A stretch of 64,000 nt of DNA, taken from Squalus acanthias. Lineage: Eukaryota. The notes under the pieces were generated by a model, which ran no database searches, was not told where the DNA came from, and saw only the letters and a list, made by a program, of their open reading frames with translations. The position numbers and the translations under genes are program-made. Location: contig CM059443.1 of the NCBI GenBank assembly GCA_030390025.1, positions 63,798,001-63,862,000 of the forward strand. The letters run 5' to 3'. Positions 13,995 through 24,965 of the stretch are shown in pieces; the first letter of the stretch is position 1; every line of letters begins with the position of its first letter.

Positions 13995-15165
13995 AGCGAA
14001 GGGAGAAAACGTGGTGGATGCAATTTAATGCGGATAAGTGTGAAGTGATGTACTTTGGGTAGAACAACATGGAGAGGCCGTATAATCGAAGTAGTTCTAT
14101 TTTGAGGGGGGTGCAAAAGCAGAGCTACCTGGAGGGGGTGAATATTCACAAATCTATGAAGGTAGCAGGGTAGTTAACATAAGCAATAGGAGCAGGAATA
14201 GGCCACTTGGCCCCTCGAGCCTGCTCCGCCATTCAATAAGATCATGGCTGATCTTGGGCTCAAAGCCACTTCCCTGCCCGCTCCCCATAACCCTTCACTC
14301 CCTTATCTTGCAAAAATCTGTCTATCTCCACCTTAAATGTATTTAAATGAGCCAGCCTCCACGGCTCTCGGGCAGAGAATTCCACAGATTTACAACCCTC
14401 GGAGAAGAAATTCCTCCTCATCTCAATTCTAAAAGGGCGACCCTTTATTCTGAAACTATGCCCCCGAGTTCTAGATTTCCCCACGAGGGGAAACATCCTC
14501 TCTGCATCTACCTTGTCGAGCCCCCTTGTTGATAAAGGTTGGTTGATAAAGCAGTTAAGAAAGCGTATGGGATACTTGGCTTTGTAAATAGGGGCATTGA
14601 ATACAAAAGCAAGGAAGTCATGCTAAACCGTTACAAATCACTGGCTGGTATACAATTCTGGGCACCACCGTTTAGAAAGGATATCAAGGCCTTGGAGGAG
14701 GCTTACCAGGATGTTACCAGGGACGAGGGACTTGATAGATTGGAGAAGCTGGGATTGTTCTCCTTAGAGCAGAGAAGGTTAAGGGGAGACCTAATAGAGG
14801 TATTCAAAATAATGAGTGATTTTGATCGAGCAAATAGGGAGAAAGCGTTTCCTCTGGCAAGTGGGTTGGTTATCAGAGATTGTAGATTTAAAATAATTGG
14901 CAAAAGAACTAGAGGGGAAATGAGGAGAATTTCTTTCACACACAGGGTTGTTAAGATCTGGAACGTACTACCTGAAGGGGTGGTGGAAGCAGATTCCATA
15001 AGAACTTTCAAAAGGCAAATGAACATGTACTTGAAGAGGACTAATTTGCAGAGTAATGGGGAAAAGCGCTGGAGTGTGGGATTAAATTGACAGCTCCATC
15101 AAAGAGACGGTGGGCTGAATGTCCTCCTTATGTGCTGTAAGATTCTATGATTCTGCAATTCTATG
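13995..15165 (+). mobile_element. CR1 3' fragment interrupted by a younger antisense CR1 fragment at ~14176-14526
   Basis: ORF 14539-15090 (KKAYGILGFVNRGIEYKSKE..RLRGDLIEVFKIM) with ATTCTATG tail. The nested piece closely resembles 8268-8625. Confidence 0.88.
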
Positions 15166-17461
15166 ACGAGAAGTCTGCTGAGAATATGGAGCTTTTCCAC
15201 AAAATGTAGCACTTGAGAGGAATGGGAACTGGCTTCAGAGCAATCGAGGCCTAATAGCAGGTTGCCCAGGAGCCTTTAGCTATGTGGCTAGACATAAGTA
15301 TTTCTCTGCTCACGATTACTACTGCTACTACTACTGAAAAAGTTGGTGCAAGCATGAACAGGCTTCCTTCCCTGTTTTTTATACTGGCACTAACTTTTCA
15401 CTAACATTAGTGACAGGTCGAAAATACAACGAGTAGGGGTTAATTATCTTGGGCTCAATTTCAAAAAAATGTTATTATGCATCGGGATTTGATACTGTTA
15501 ATCAATACTGATCAAAATATTGCCCCTCAAAGTGCAGCAAGCTCACAAACACCTATATGCTCATTGTTATATATATACCCCATGGGCAAATATTTTTATT
15601 TTTAAAAAAAAACAATGTTTCTATTCGTTGTACAGAATGTTCTCGTAGCTTAACCTCTCAACTCATTGGCGTATTACTGCATTGTAACACACTGTAGATG
15701 TTGTGTTGAAGAAAAATTGCTGAGTTGCAATCTAATGTATGAACTTGGGCATGGTTCTAAACCACTTGAGCTTTGTTCTTGCAGTTACAAGTCTTCTGAA
15801 CTCCCTGCTTAGATTATAGTATTGAACGTGTACCCAAGTATCCATTAATCTCTGTTGTTCAGCTCATGGCCTCTTTCTCCTGACTACTATTTTCTACTCA
15901 TTCAGAGAGAAGAACATTACTGCACTTTGCATTTGCTGACAGATGGAAGAAACGGATATAATGCCATGCAGACATCACTATCTAATTTGAAAGTCTTATG
16001 CAATGTGACATTCATAGTCATTTGAAATTTGCTGCATGTGTAATAAGTGCACCGAGATTGTAATGTATTTGATTATCTCAGCCCTGTAACGTTTTCCATT
16101 TAATTGAAAGACTGGTTTGAAAAAAATCATTGCGCTGGTGACTGGATTACTGCCGCAGTTGTCACTACTTCAGCCAATTTTGGTTCGGATCGGTGAAAAG
16201 CAGATTTTGTACAGTGGGTCAAATGTGGAAAATGCTGTACAAAATATAGTCTCTGGCTCTTTAAACGATTCTAAAATGCCTTGGGTCACTTCTCATTATA
16301 ATGTGCATCAATCCAGTTGACCAGAAGACATTTCAGGTAGCTCACCTGGCCATTTGGTAACTTCATATTCTATAGAGCTGTACCTTGAGAAGTGTCTTTG
16401 ATTCCTACAAATCTCACTACCTCGAAAGTTTTCATTTTTGATTAGCTACGTGAATGCATTGTCCTGAAGACAAAAATAACTGCTTTCAAATTTTTCTTCT
16501 AATGCAGGAGATGATGTAAGGGGACCATAGCTTGTGTGGGATTTTAAAAAAATAATCCCAAAATGCCATCATCCCAATTTCTTAAAAACTGAAGTAAGCT
16601 ATTTGTAGTTAATGGCGGCAGCAGCAGCTATGCTGACTGAGCACAAATATAAATTACTCCAAGTGATGCTTACTGACCTTTCAACGTAGCCAGAGTTGTG
16701 GTTGCATGGAAATCATGCCCTAATGGAAAAGATGCAGGCAGGAAATACACCTGCATGCTCGTGATGCCCTTAATCTCTATTCCGTGTGAGCACTGAGTTA
16801 CACAACCCCTGTAAATTTGAATAAAAAACAGTAGTATCCAGTACGCTGCTTATTCTGTGCACCCAATCGCTCATTGCTCCTTTCACACAAGGGACAAGAA
16901 GAGTATGATCATTTATATTTGAGTTTACAGTGGGACACGCTTCACAAATGTGGGGAGGGCCATTGATTGATTGCAGATGTTCCATCATGATGTATTTGCA
17001 TAAAACAATTCTAAACTTCCATTGCTCCAACAGAGAAACATAATTTAAAAACAATTTTGATTAGGAAAAATGTTCATTTTCGTCATACAGCACAATGATT
17101 AGATATACAAACTGAATGTGCCTGAATTTACATAATTGCCCTGCATCCCAAATCTATCCAATTTTGGCCCTCTTCAGTCCGACTCCAATAGAATATACTC
17201 TAAGCATGCACTTGAACTTTGAAGTGCATGTAGCTATGGAGTATTCGGCATAGTGGTGATGAGAGTACTGACAGTTTAACAGTATGTTCCATAAAGGGGG
17301 TTTTGCAGGATGGGATGTCTGCAATTAAATGCAGAGTTGTGTTTACTGGCAGAATGTCATTACCATAGTGATTTCATTTATTACAATCTGCAACCACTCT
17401 GCATATCTGCAATGAATTACATAGAATTTACAGCACAGAAACAGGCCAACTGGTCTATGTC

Positions 17462-17659
17462 AATAGCAAAATACTGCGGATGCTGGAAAATTGAAACAAC
17501 AGAAAACGCTGGAAAAACTCAGCAGGCCAGGCAACATCCGTGGAGAGAGAAACCGAGTTAACGTTTCAGGTCGAAACCCTTCGACCTGAAACGTTAACTC
17601 TGTTTCTCTCTCCACGGATGTTGCCTGGCCTGCTGAGTTTTTCCAGCGTTTTCTGTTGT
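17462..17659. mobile_element. Mini palindromic PLE insertion (family A) nested in a CR1 3' end
   Basis: Near-perfect inverted arms meet at CAGGTCGAAACCCTTCGACCTG. TSD TGGTCTATGTC at 17451-17461 and 17660-17670. Host CR1 tail ~17418-17795 (minus) continues on both sides. Confidence 0.87.
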
Positions 17660-20600
17660 TGGTCTATGTCGATGTTTATGCTGCACACAAGCTTCTTCCC
17701 ACCCTACTTCTAATCCTGTCAGCATATCCTTCTCCCTCATGGACTTATCTAGCTTGCCCTTAAAGGCATCTATGTTGTTCGCCTCAATTACTCCATATTC
17801 TGAGAACAAATGAGAAATATAGCCCATATGAGAATTTGAATCTGCTTTTTACAGGAATTTTCTTTTTCTTTCGCCATTGCTTGAGCATAGTACTGCAAGC
17901 AAAACACCGTGAAACTGTGGTTTCAGTATTAAGCAACTGCACAAGCACCACGCTGTGTTCAGGCAGCAAAACAGCAATAAAACGGTCTGTTCTGAATACA
18001 GCAGTCACAATCCAGAACAGTCACATTTTTAAAAAGATGTGCAATGATAAATTAAGAGTGTTACATCCACTATGACAAAAATACATTGCTGTAAACCTCT
18101 CTCCAAGCTTCAAACTCTCCTCACTACTGGTAAGTCTTCACCTTTTGAAATTTATGAACAGAAAACATGTTTGGGATCTAATGGGACCTGAGAATAATTA
18201 TTCAGCAATATTGTTACTTGTGTACTGTTTGGTCAGGTCAGCTCAATTGATTTTTATATCTGCCAGGCCCCCAGCATTTATCCTCTGTTTTCTGTAGTCT
18301 ATGATTTTGAACCAATTTCTGGCAGTCAGCCTTGTGGTTGCTAAAAGTGAATGTACTCTTGACCTCTGGGTCAAGGAACATGCTTATGAGGAACAGTAAA
18401 GGCTGGTATAATTATCATTTCTGCTTCGAAATCAGAACTCCAGAAACTGGTACCAGATGCCTAGTGAATGTTTTTGCTTATGGAGGCACTGGGAAATGGA
18501 ATGCTTTCCCATTCTAAGCACAGTGTGTTGGAATTAAGCACGCAGCATGGATTAGATGTCAACTAAAATTCCTTGAACTCTGTTGCACCAATGTGCCTTC
18601 ACCCCAGCCACTACGGCATCAGACAATTTCCATTTCATACCCAACCACCCTTATGACCTATCTGAGTGGCACTACCAATTTATTGCCAAATTAAGAGCAG
18701 CTTTATGGTATCTGGCTATGCTTACTGAGAACTGGGTTGAAACAGTCATTTATTTCGCATAGAATTGTTACAGACAGAGGAGACTTTTTCATCCCATTAC
18801 TTCGAGCTAGATTTGAACATAATTTCATCCTTCCCCATGCCTGGAATGAGATACAAATGAACACTAGATTGTAAACCGTTTTATGAGAAGAAGCAATGGT
18901 TTCTGACTTCATCACTCATGTTTTATGCAGACCATCTCACTTGTGGACAGGAAAAACCATATCGAATACTGCAGTATTTAAATTTGTTTCAACAAGTTTA
19001 CAAGTTTCAGAATATAGTGATAAAACTGAGCACTTATAAAAATTAATTTTGACAGTTCCTTTACTATATCTTAAATTAGGAACTAGTATAAGTAGATTTG
19101 TGTTTTTATAGAATCATCAAAATTTACTGCACAGAAGGAGGCCATTCGGCCCATCATGTCTGTGCCGGCCGAATGTATCTGGGCCAAATGTGTACTATTG
19201 AGACCCAAATAACGAAAAAGGTTGTTTAAATAGGAAAATCTTGATTTTTTTTTTCTGTACATTAATTGCTTGCTTGCTTGAAGCAGAGATTAATGGCTAT
19301 TTCACAACAATTGCATATTATACGAAGAATTGGTTTACAGTGGTGTCTGCTTGAATGCACTAGTTCACTACCTTATTCTACCAATACTAGTAGTTCATAT
19401 TTACCAAAACTACAGGTCAATTATATTGTTCAAAAGCAGCAATTGCACAATTGTATTCTATCGAGTAAAGTAACTAATAGTAAGGGAGCTTATGCCTGTG
19501 AATTTCCTCAATTGCTCCCACACCACCACCGTAACTTTACCGGAAATCTAGTAGAAACCATGTTCCACCGCACTGCATACAAAGTTACAGTGGCGGAGCG
19601 GGAGCAGCACCGAGGAAATTCACAGCCTATGTGTTCAAAATATTTTCAGTTCCATTGTACAATAGTGAACTTGTGATCTACTCTTGGTTTCATGTTGTGG
19701 TAATGAGTCATGTTGATAAATACCCATGTAATATTTTTTACAGACTGGAAGCATTTTGGGATGTTTTTACTTTGTTAGTCATGTTTAACTGCAATCTACA
19801 AAACCGACCTGAATGCAATGTTTGCTGAACTGCATCTTCCTATATTGAGGTGTGTACTACTCTCCTAATTGTGTAGGGGAAGAGGTGAACATAGGAACAG
19901 TAGTCTGCCATTTGGGTTATCGTGCACACTCTATTATTTTGTTAGCCATGTTAGTGAAATTTTTATTCCAATTCCTTGCCTTTTCTCCATCTTACTTGTC
20001 AATTAAGTATTTAAAATGTCTCAATTGACTTTGCATCCGTGGCTTTCGGGGCAATGTGTTCCACAGTCTTGCAGCCCTTTGTGTGAAGAAGTTTTTCTTG
20101 GATTTGTTTTTAACTGTCTTAGTTTGGATTCTAAGACCATGCCACTTTGTTCTGAATTTCCCTACGAGAGAGATGATTCTTTCTCCATCTACCCTTTTGT
20201 TCTTGAATGGATCATATCTTAATCGTCATATCTCCAGGTAACATTGGGCCAAAATTGTGAAGTTCCACTTTTGCCATGGAGTCTTGCTGGACAACTGCAA
20301 ATATATATAAATATATCCTGGTATATTTAGCTCCCAATCTTGCCCAGGCTGCAGAAAAGTCCCTGCAATTACTACTGCATCAAACCTCTCTGTCTGGATT
20401 TCTGCTTATTTGTAACACCCCTAGTAATGGTATAAAGACAATTTTTTTGGTTGACTGCTTTCCTACTTATTGGTCCCATTGCTCCTGTTAACTTGCCATC
20501 TTTCTGTAAAACTTTCCACTTCCACTACCCCAACTTTATCCCTCTGCCCCCTCCCTCCTCATGCTATCAAGTTAAAATTTTTGATTTGCTCTTCTCCCTC

Positions 20601-20685
20601 TTCCCCACCTCCTACCTTGTTCGTTTAAATCATCCACCATTGTTCTTTTTACTCTCTGCTCAGAAATCGATGCTGGTTCAATTTA

Positions 20686-21018
20686 CATAAGAACATAAGA
20701 AATAAGAGCAGGAGTAGGCCATTTGGCCCTTCGAGCCTGCTCCTCCATTCAATAAGATCATGACTGATCTTCTACCTCATCTCCACTTTCCCGCACTATC
20801 CCCATATCCCTTGATTCCCTTAATATTCAAAAATCTATCGATCTCTGTCTTGAATATACTCAACGACTGAGCCTCCACAGCCCTCTGGGGTAGAGAATTC
20901 CAAAGATTCACCACCCTCTGAGTGAAGAAATTTCTCCACATCTCAGTCCTAAATGGCCGACCCCTTATTCTGAGACTGTGACCCCCCTGGTTCTAGACTT
21001 CCCAGTCAGGGGAACCAG
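20686..21018 (-). mobile_element. CR1 3' fragment
   Basis: ACATAAGAACATAAGAA tail and GKSRTRG-coding end. Confidence 0.85.
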
Positions 21019-21615
21019 GGGAAAACCTGTACCATCTTTACAGCTTCTCCCTATTCCAGAACCGACACAAATTCTCCACAAATCTGGAACCCTTCCTTCT
21101 ACACCATCTCTAAAGTGACTCCAACATGATTTCATCAGGCAACCTTCTGAAGTTGGGTAGTATTCTAATTGAGAACTTTGTGAATTCATGTGAATACATG
21201 TAGTGTCTCAGGAATGTGATGTGACTTCATGCCCTCTGTTGATGAGACTGTATTATTACAAAGTAACGTTGCTGTTTGCTGTCGCAGTTGTAAATTATCA
21301 GTTAGAAGAATGCATTCTATTACAGTGTGCCTGTCAGTTGCACAGCTGGGTTGAGTTGAATTCCTTAAAATGTGATCTAATTCACTTGAGAAATTAACAT
21401 TCTTTTGTTAGCAATAGGGGCATTGTCTTCATGATTGAAGATTAAAAGGATGAGTTACAGATATGATCAAAACCTCCAAGGAACTCATGGTGCTGGAACA
21501 ATGAAAATGATATTTGGAAAGCAACCAGCCAAGGTTGTGGGGATGGATTGATACTTTGGAGTTTCACTTGATTACCTTTACAGTCAGGGAGAAATAATTC
21601 AGAATTTGTCCTTTA

Positions 21616-21992
21616 GAAAGAAAGGCTTACATTTATATAGCGCCTTTCACGACCACTGGACGTCCCAAAGCGCTTTACAACCAATGAAGTACTTTTTGAG
21701 GTGTAGCCACTTGAAATGTAGGAAACACTGCAGCCAATTTGCGCACAGCAAGCTCCCACAAACAGCAATGTGATAATGACCAGATCATCTGTTTTTTAGT
21801 GATAAATATTGGCCAGGACTTCTCTGCTCCTCTTCGAAATAGTGCCATGGGATTTTTTACGTCCACCTGAGAGAGCAGATGGGGCCTCAGTTTAACGTCT
21901 CATCCAAAAGACGGCACCTCCAACAGTGCAGCACTCCCTCAGTACTTCACTGGAGTGTCACTGAGTGTGCTACCAACTGAGCCACAGCTGAC
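21616..21992 (-). mobile_element. Deu-domain SINE (SacSINE1/AmnSINE-like), internally deleted
   Basis: Reverse complement of the 37426-37865 element, with head GCTGTGGCTCAGTTGGTAGC, Deu-like core and L2-like tail. Confidence 0.8.
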
Positions 21993-22459
21993 ACTGTAAG
22001 GGAGATTAAATGAGTAGGGTAAAATCCTTAATGGTGTAAATTGTATGTTTTGGGGTTCATAGGTTGAATGATCCTTTATTATTTCATGCCTTCTAATGCT
22101 CTCAGTAAGAATTTGGCAAACATTATTTTCTTTGAGAGAAAGGATCTGTATGTCACCTTTGTCACACTGATGCAGCATGCAATTGACTCATTGATGCAGT
22201 TTGACTCAATTTACATCAGTATATGTACTTTTGTAAACAAATGTTTAAAGATTTACAAAATGTTTTTTCATGAAAACAGTGTCATTTTTCTTTACCACTT
22301 AGATACAGAGAACGATGGTAACACTGACAGTAACCCATTAAAATGAATGGATTTCCATCGACCACCAGAAAGCTAGGATACCATGTCCAGAAAAATGTGC
22401 AATCATATGTTTTTTTATTTAAAAAATTAATCTACTCATTGGGTTCTGTTTATGTGAAA

Positions 22460-22662
22460 GTGCTTCCACATGGCGTGGTTGAGGCAAATAGTATGGATGC
22501 ATTTAAGGGGAGGCTAGACGAGCATACGAGGGAAAAGGGAATAGAGGGTTATGCTGAGAGTTAGATGAGGAAGGATGGGAGGAGGCTTGAGTGGAGAATA
22601 ACTGCCGGCATGGACTGGTTGGGCCAAATGGCCTGTTTCTGTGCTGTACATCCTATGTAATA
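22460..22662 (+). mobile_element. CR1 3' end
   Basis: LPHGVVEANSMDAFKGRLD coding end plus 3' UTR; same subfamily as 49990 and 62630. Confidence 0.8.
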
Positions 22663-22869
22663 TATGTACAGGACACTTTATATAGTTACTAACAACAGTT
22701 GACTTTGATAACTGGAAGGGGAGGAGTGGTGGTGGGGGAGGTGGAGAGTACATGGTGGTGCATTGATTTAGATACTGCCTTCCATCTCTAGGACCTGAGA
22801 TGAAAGTCTTCCCTCTGCCAGATGTAAGAGTCCTACATGAAATGCATTTGGCCAGTATCAATCCAGCAT

Positions 22870-23012
22870 GACCCCGTGGCACTAAACTGGCTATCCCACT
22901 TGGACCAGAGGATGGCTAGTGTGAGGAAGTGGAAATATGTCACATTGGTTCATGGGGGTTGATCTTTTGAGGTTGAGGCACATCGTTGGCGCAGAGTAGA
23001 GGGAGCTGTTCT
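22870..23012 (+). mobile_element. Old SINE remnant resembling the LF-SINE 3' part (related antisense copy at ~18575-18690)
   Basis: TGGCACTAAACTGGC ... GGTTGAGGCACATCGTTGGCGCAGAGTAGAGGGAGC; identification from memory only. Confidence 0.35.
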
Positions 23013-23909
23013 TGATAAGCACAAACATTTACGCAATAATTTTTTTAATGAAAGGTCGGGACAACAAACAGCAATACCAAACTTATTTATGCATAAATGA
23101 AAACTGGATGTACTTACAAATGAAACATTCTTAATTCAACATTTTCAGACATGATTTGACTGGGCTACAGTTTATATAGATTGAGATCATTGCACATAAT
23201 AACTAAAAAAAACTTTTAGGTTCCGCATATCTTTCCTATGATACTTGCAGTAAATCTAAGAATATCTGGCCTGACAGCTAATGAGGCCCTTGTTGAAATT
23301 CAGTTTTTAAAAGTTTAGAAACTTTATTTGCTTCCTTTTAAGCGTTGCTAAATTAAGTTATTTTCAAGTTAACTGTTTGGTGTCCTATGCCATAGCTGGA
23401 ACAAATAATGAAAACAGGATAGCTGAGATTCACGTCACAACAGGATTTGGTTAAATAGGAGGAGCACTAATATAATTGGGAAAAAATATATTCTGGATTT
23501 TAAACAAATTTTATTTGATTTAGTTAATTGCAAACATGCTTTTCTAAAGATGTGAGGCAATAGATTATTTTGTTCAGTCTTGCTTCTCTCCATATCATAC
23601 ACAGCAATGAGAATTGTGTGAAACTGCTAATGGGGCAGGGTTTGTAGTCACCGTGTACTGAGCCATCCCAACTGCAGTGATCTATGAGTTGCTGTCCTTT
23701 CGATTTTAAAAACATGCATTGTACATTTTTGCAGCCAAATGAAAGCATTCAGACTATTCAGTGTTTGAGTGTTAGGGACCTGGTAATTGTTGCACTTAGC
23801 AAGTTTGCTGTTAGTAAGTTATGATGTGGAGATGCCGGTGTTGGACTGGGGTGGACAAATGTGAGAAGTCGCACAACGCCAGGTTATAGTCCAACAGTTT
23901 TATTTGAAA

Positions 23910-23947
23910 TCACAAGCTTTCGGAGCGGCTGCTCCTTCGTCAGGTGA
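23910..23947 (-). ncRNA. Minimal type I hammerhead ribozyme motif, antisense copy (family B)
   Basis: Reverse strand reads TCAC-CTGACGA-A-GGAGC(AGCC)GCTCC-GAAA-GCTT-GTGA. Confidence 0.85.
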
Positions 23948-23954
23948 ATGTCCT

Positions 23955-23991
23955 TCACCTGACGAAGGAGCAGCGCTCCGAAAGCTTGTGA
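23955..23991 (+). ncRNA. Minimal type I hammerhead ribozyme motif (family B)
   Basis: TCAC-CTGACGA-A-GGAGC(AGC)GCTCC-GAAA-GCTT-GTGA: intact core, stem I TCAC/GTGA, palindromic AAGCTT. Confidence 0.85.
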
Positions 23992-24965
23992 TTTCAAATA
24001 AAACTGTTGGACTATAACCTGGTGTTGCGCGACTTCTCACATTAGTAAGTTAGATTGAGGATTTATGGTGTGATAGTCAAAAGTTAGAAATGTTCAGAAT
24101 GAATTTTAAAGCAGTCTTGTATCTTTGAGTTGAAAACCGCTTTCAATAAAATGAAACACTTCCATCACTTTATACACATGTTCAATTTAAGCAACTATTG
24201 TTACTAGTAATGTATATTTAGCAGTCTTGGAACTGATTCCACATATGTCTTTGCTAGTAAAAGTTTGTTTAACGCAGAGAAAATGACTTGTTTTTCTGTA
24301 CTCTAGACAATAGTCTATTGCATACTTAAATGTGGTTTTCTTGAATAGGGATGTATCTGAGATGGGGAAAGTAGGTTGCATTAGAAAGTGTGCTGGTGAC
24401 AGCAGTGCATTAAACTGGCCAGATAGGCAATGGCTCAGGTGAACATGGGTTTGAAACTGAGGGCTGTGTGTATCTGTCTAATCTGCCTACTAGGTGAGTT
24501 ATCTTCGCATAGTGCTTGGTCAAGCTATCGATAGAATACCTTGTAATACTGGAGCATTCCACTTCTATAAGAATGAAAATGCTACCCTTGACTCCCGGTT
24601 TACGGAACCTCTAAGGAGATGATGGTCACTCTGAATTATCTCACATTCTCAGCCTGAAGGATTTTAGATGGAGAGAAAAAAAGATTAAAAAAGGTTGCTT
24701 TCTCTACTCATAGGCAGATTTACACTTGAAGGGGGGGAATGGAGTGAAATCAGACTGATAAATTTTAGTACCCATCTATATAGGTCAAAATCTGAGCTTT
24801 CTTTCAATGCACCCTTGCTTAATGAATATTTTGTTTCCATTTCCAGGTATGAGTTGACACAGAGCACTGATCAAAGAACTTGGTGATGAATAAAAAATGA
24901 GACTTATCAATGAATGTATTACAATGCAGTAAGCAAGGGGCATCTCATGAGCAGCTCTATGAAAA

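Larger units (their letters stand above)
23822..24041. mobile_element. Mini palindromic PLE insertion (family B) with two back-to-back hammerheads
   Basis: Inverted arms ~23859-23948 and ~23954-24043 plus a ~36-nt unpaired left tail. TSD TTAGTAAGTTA at 23811-23821 and 24042-24052. Confidence 0.85.

Noticed and set aside
4960-18135. Candidate PEAK1 5' UTR exons (e.g. ~4964-5000, one ending at donor ~8147, and ~17854-18129)
   Set aside because: Splice-like motifs exist, but non-coding exons cannot be supported without transcript data.
23822-24041. Interpretation of the short palindromes as MITEs or pre-miRNAs
   Set aside because: Variable 11-14 bp TSDs, a one-sided tail and hammerhead cores point to Penelope origin; family A is identical to the 3' end of the RT-encoding PLE.
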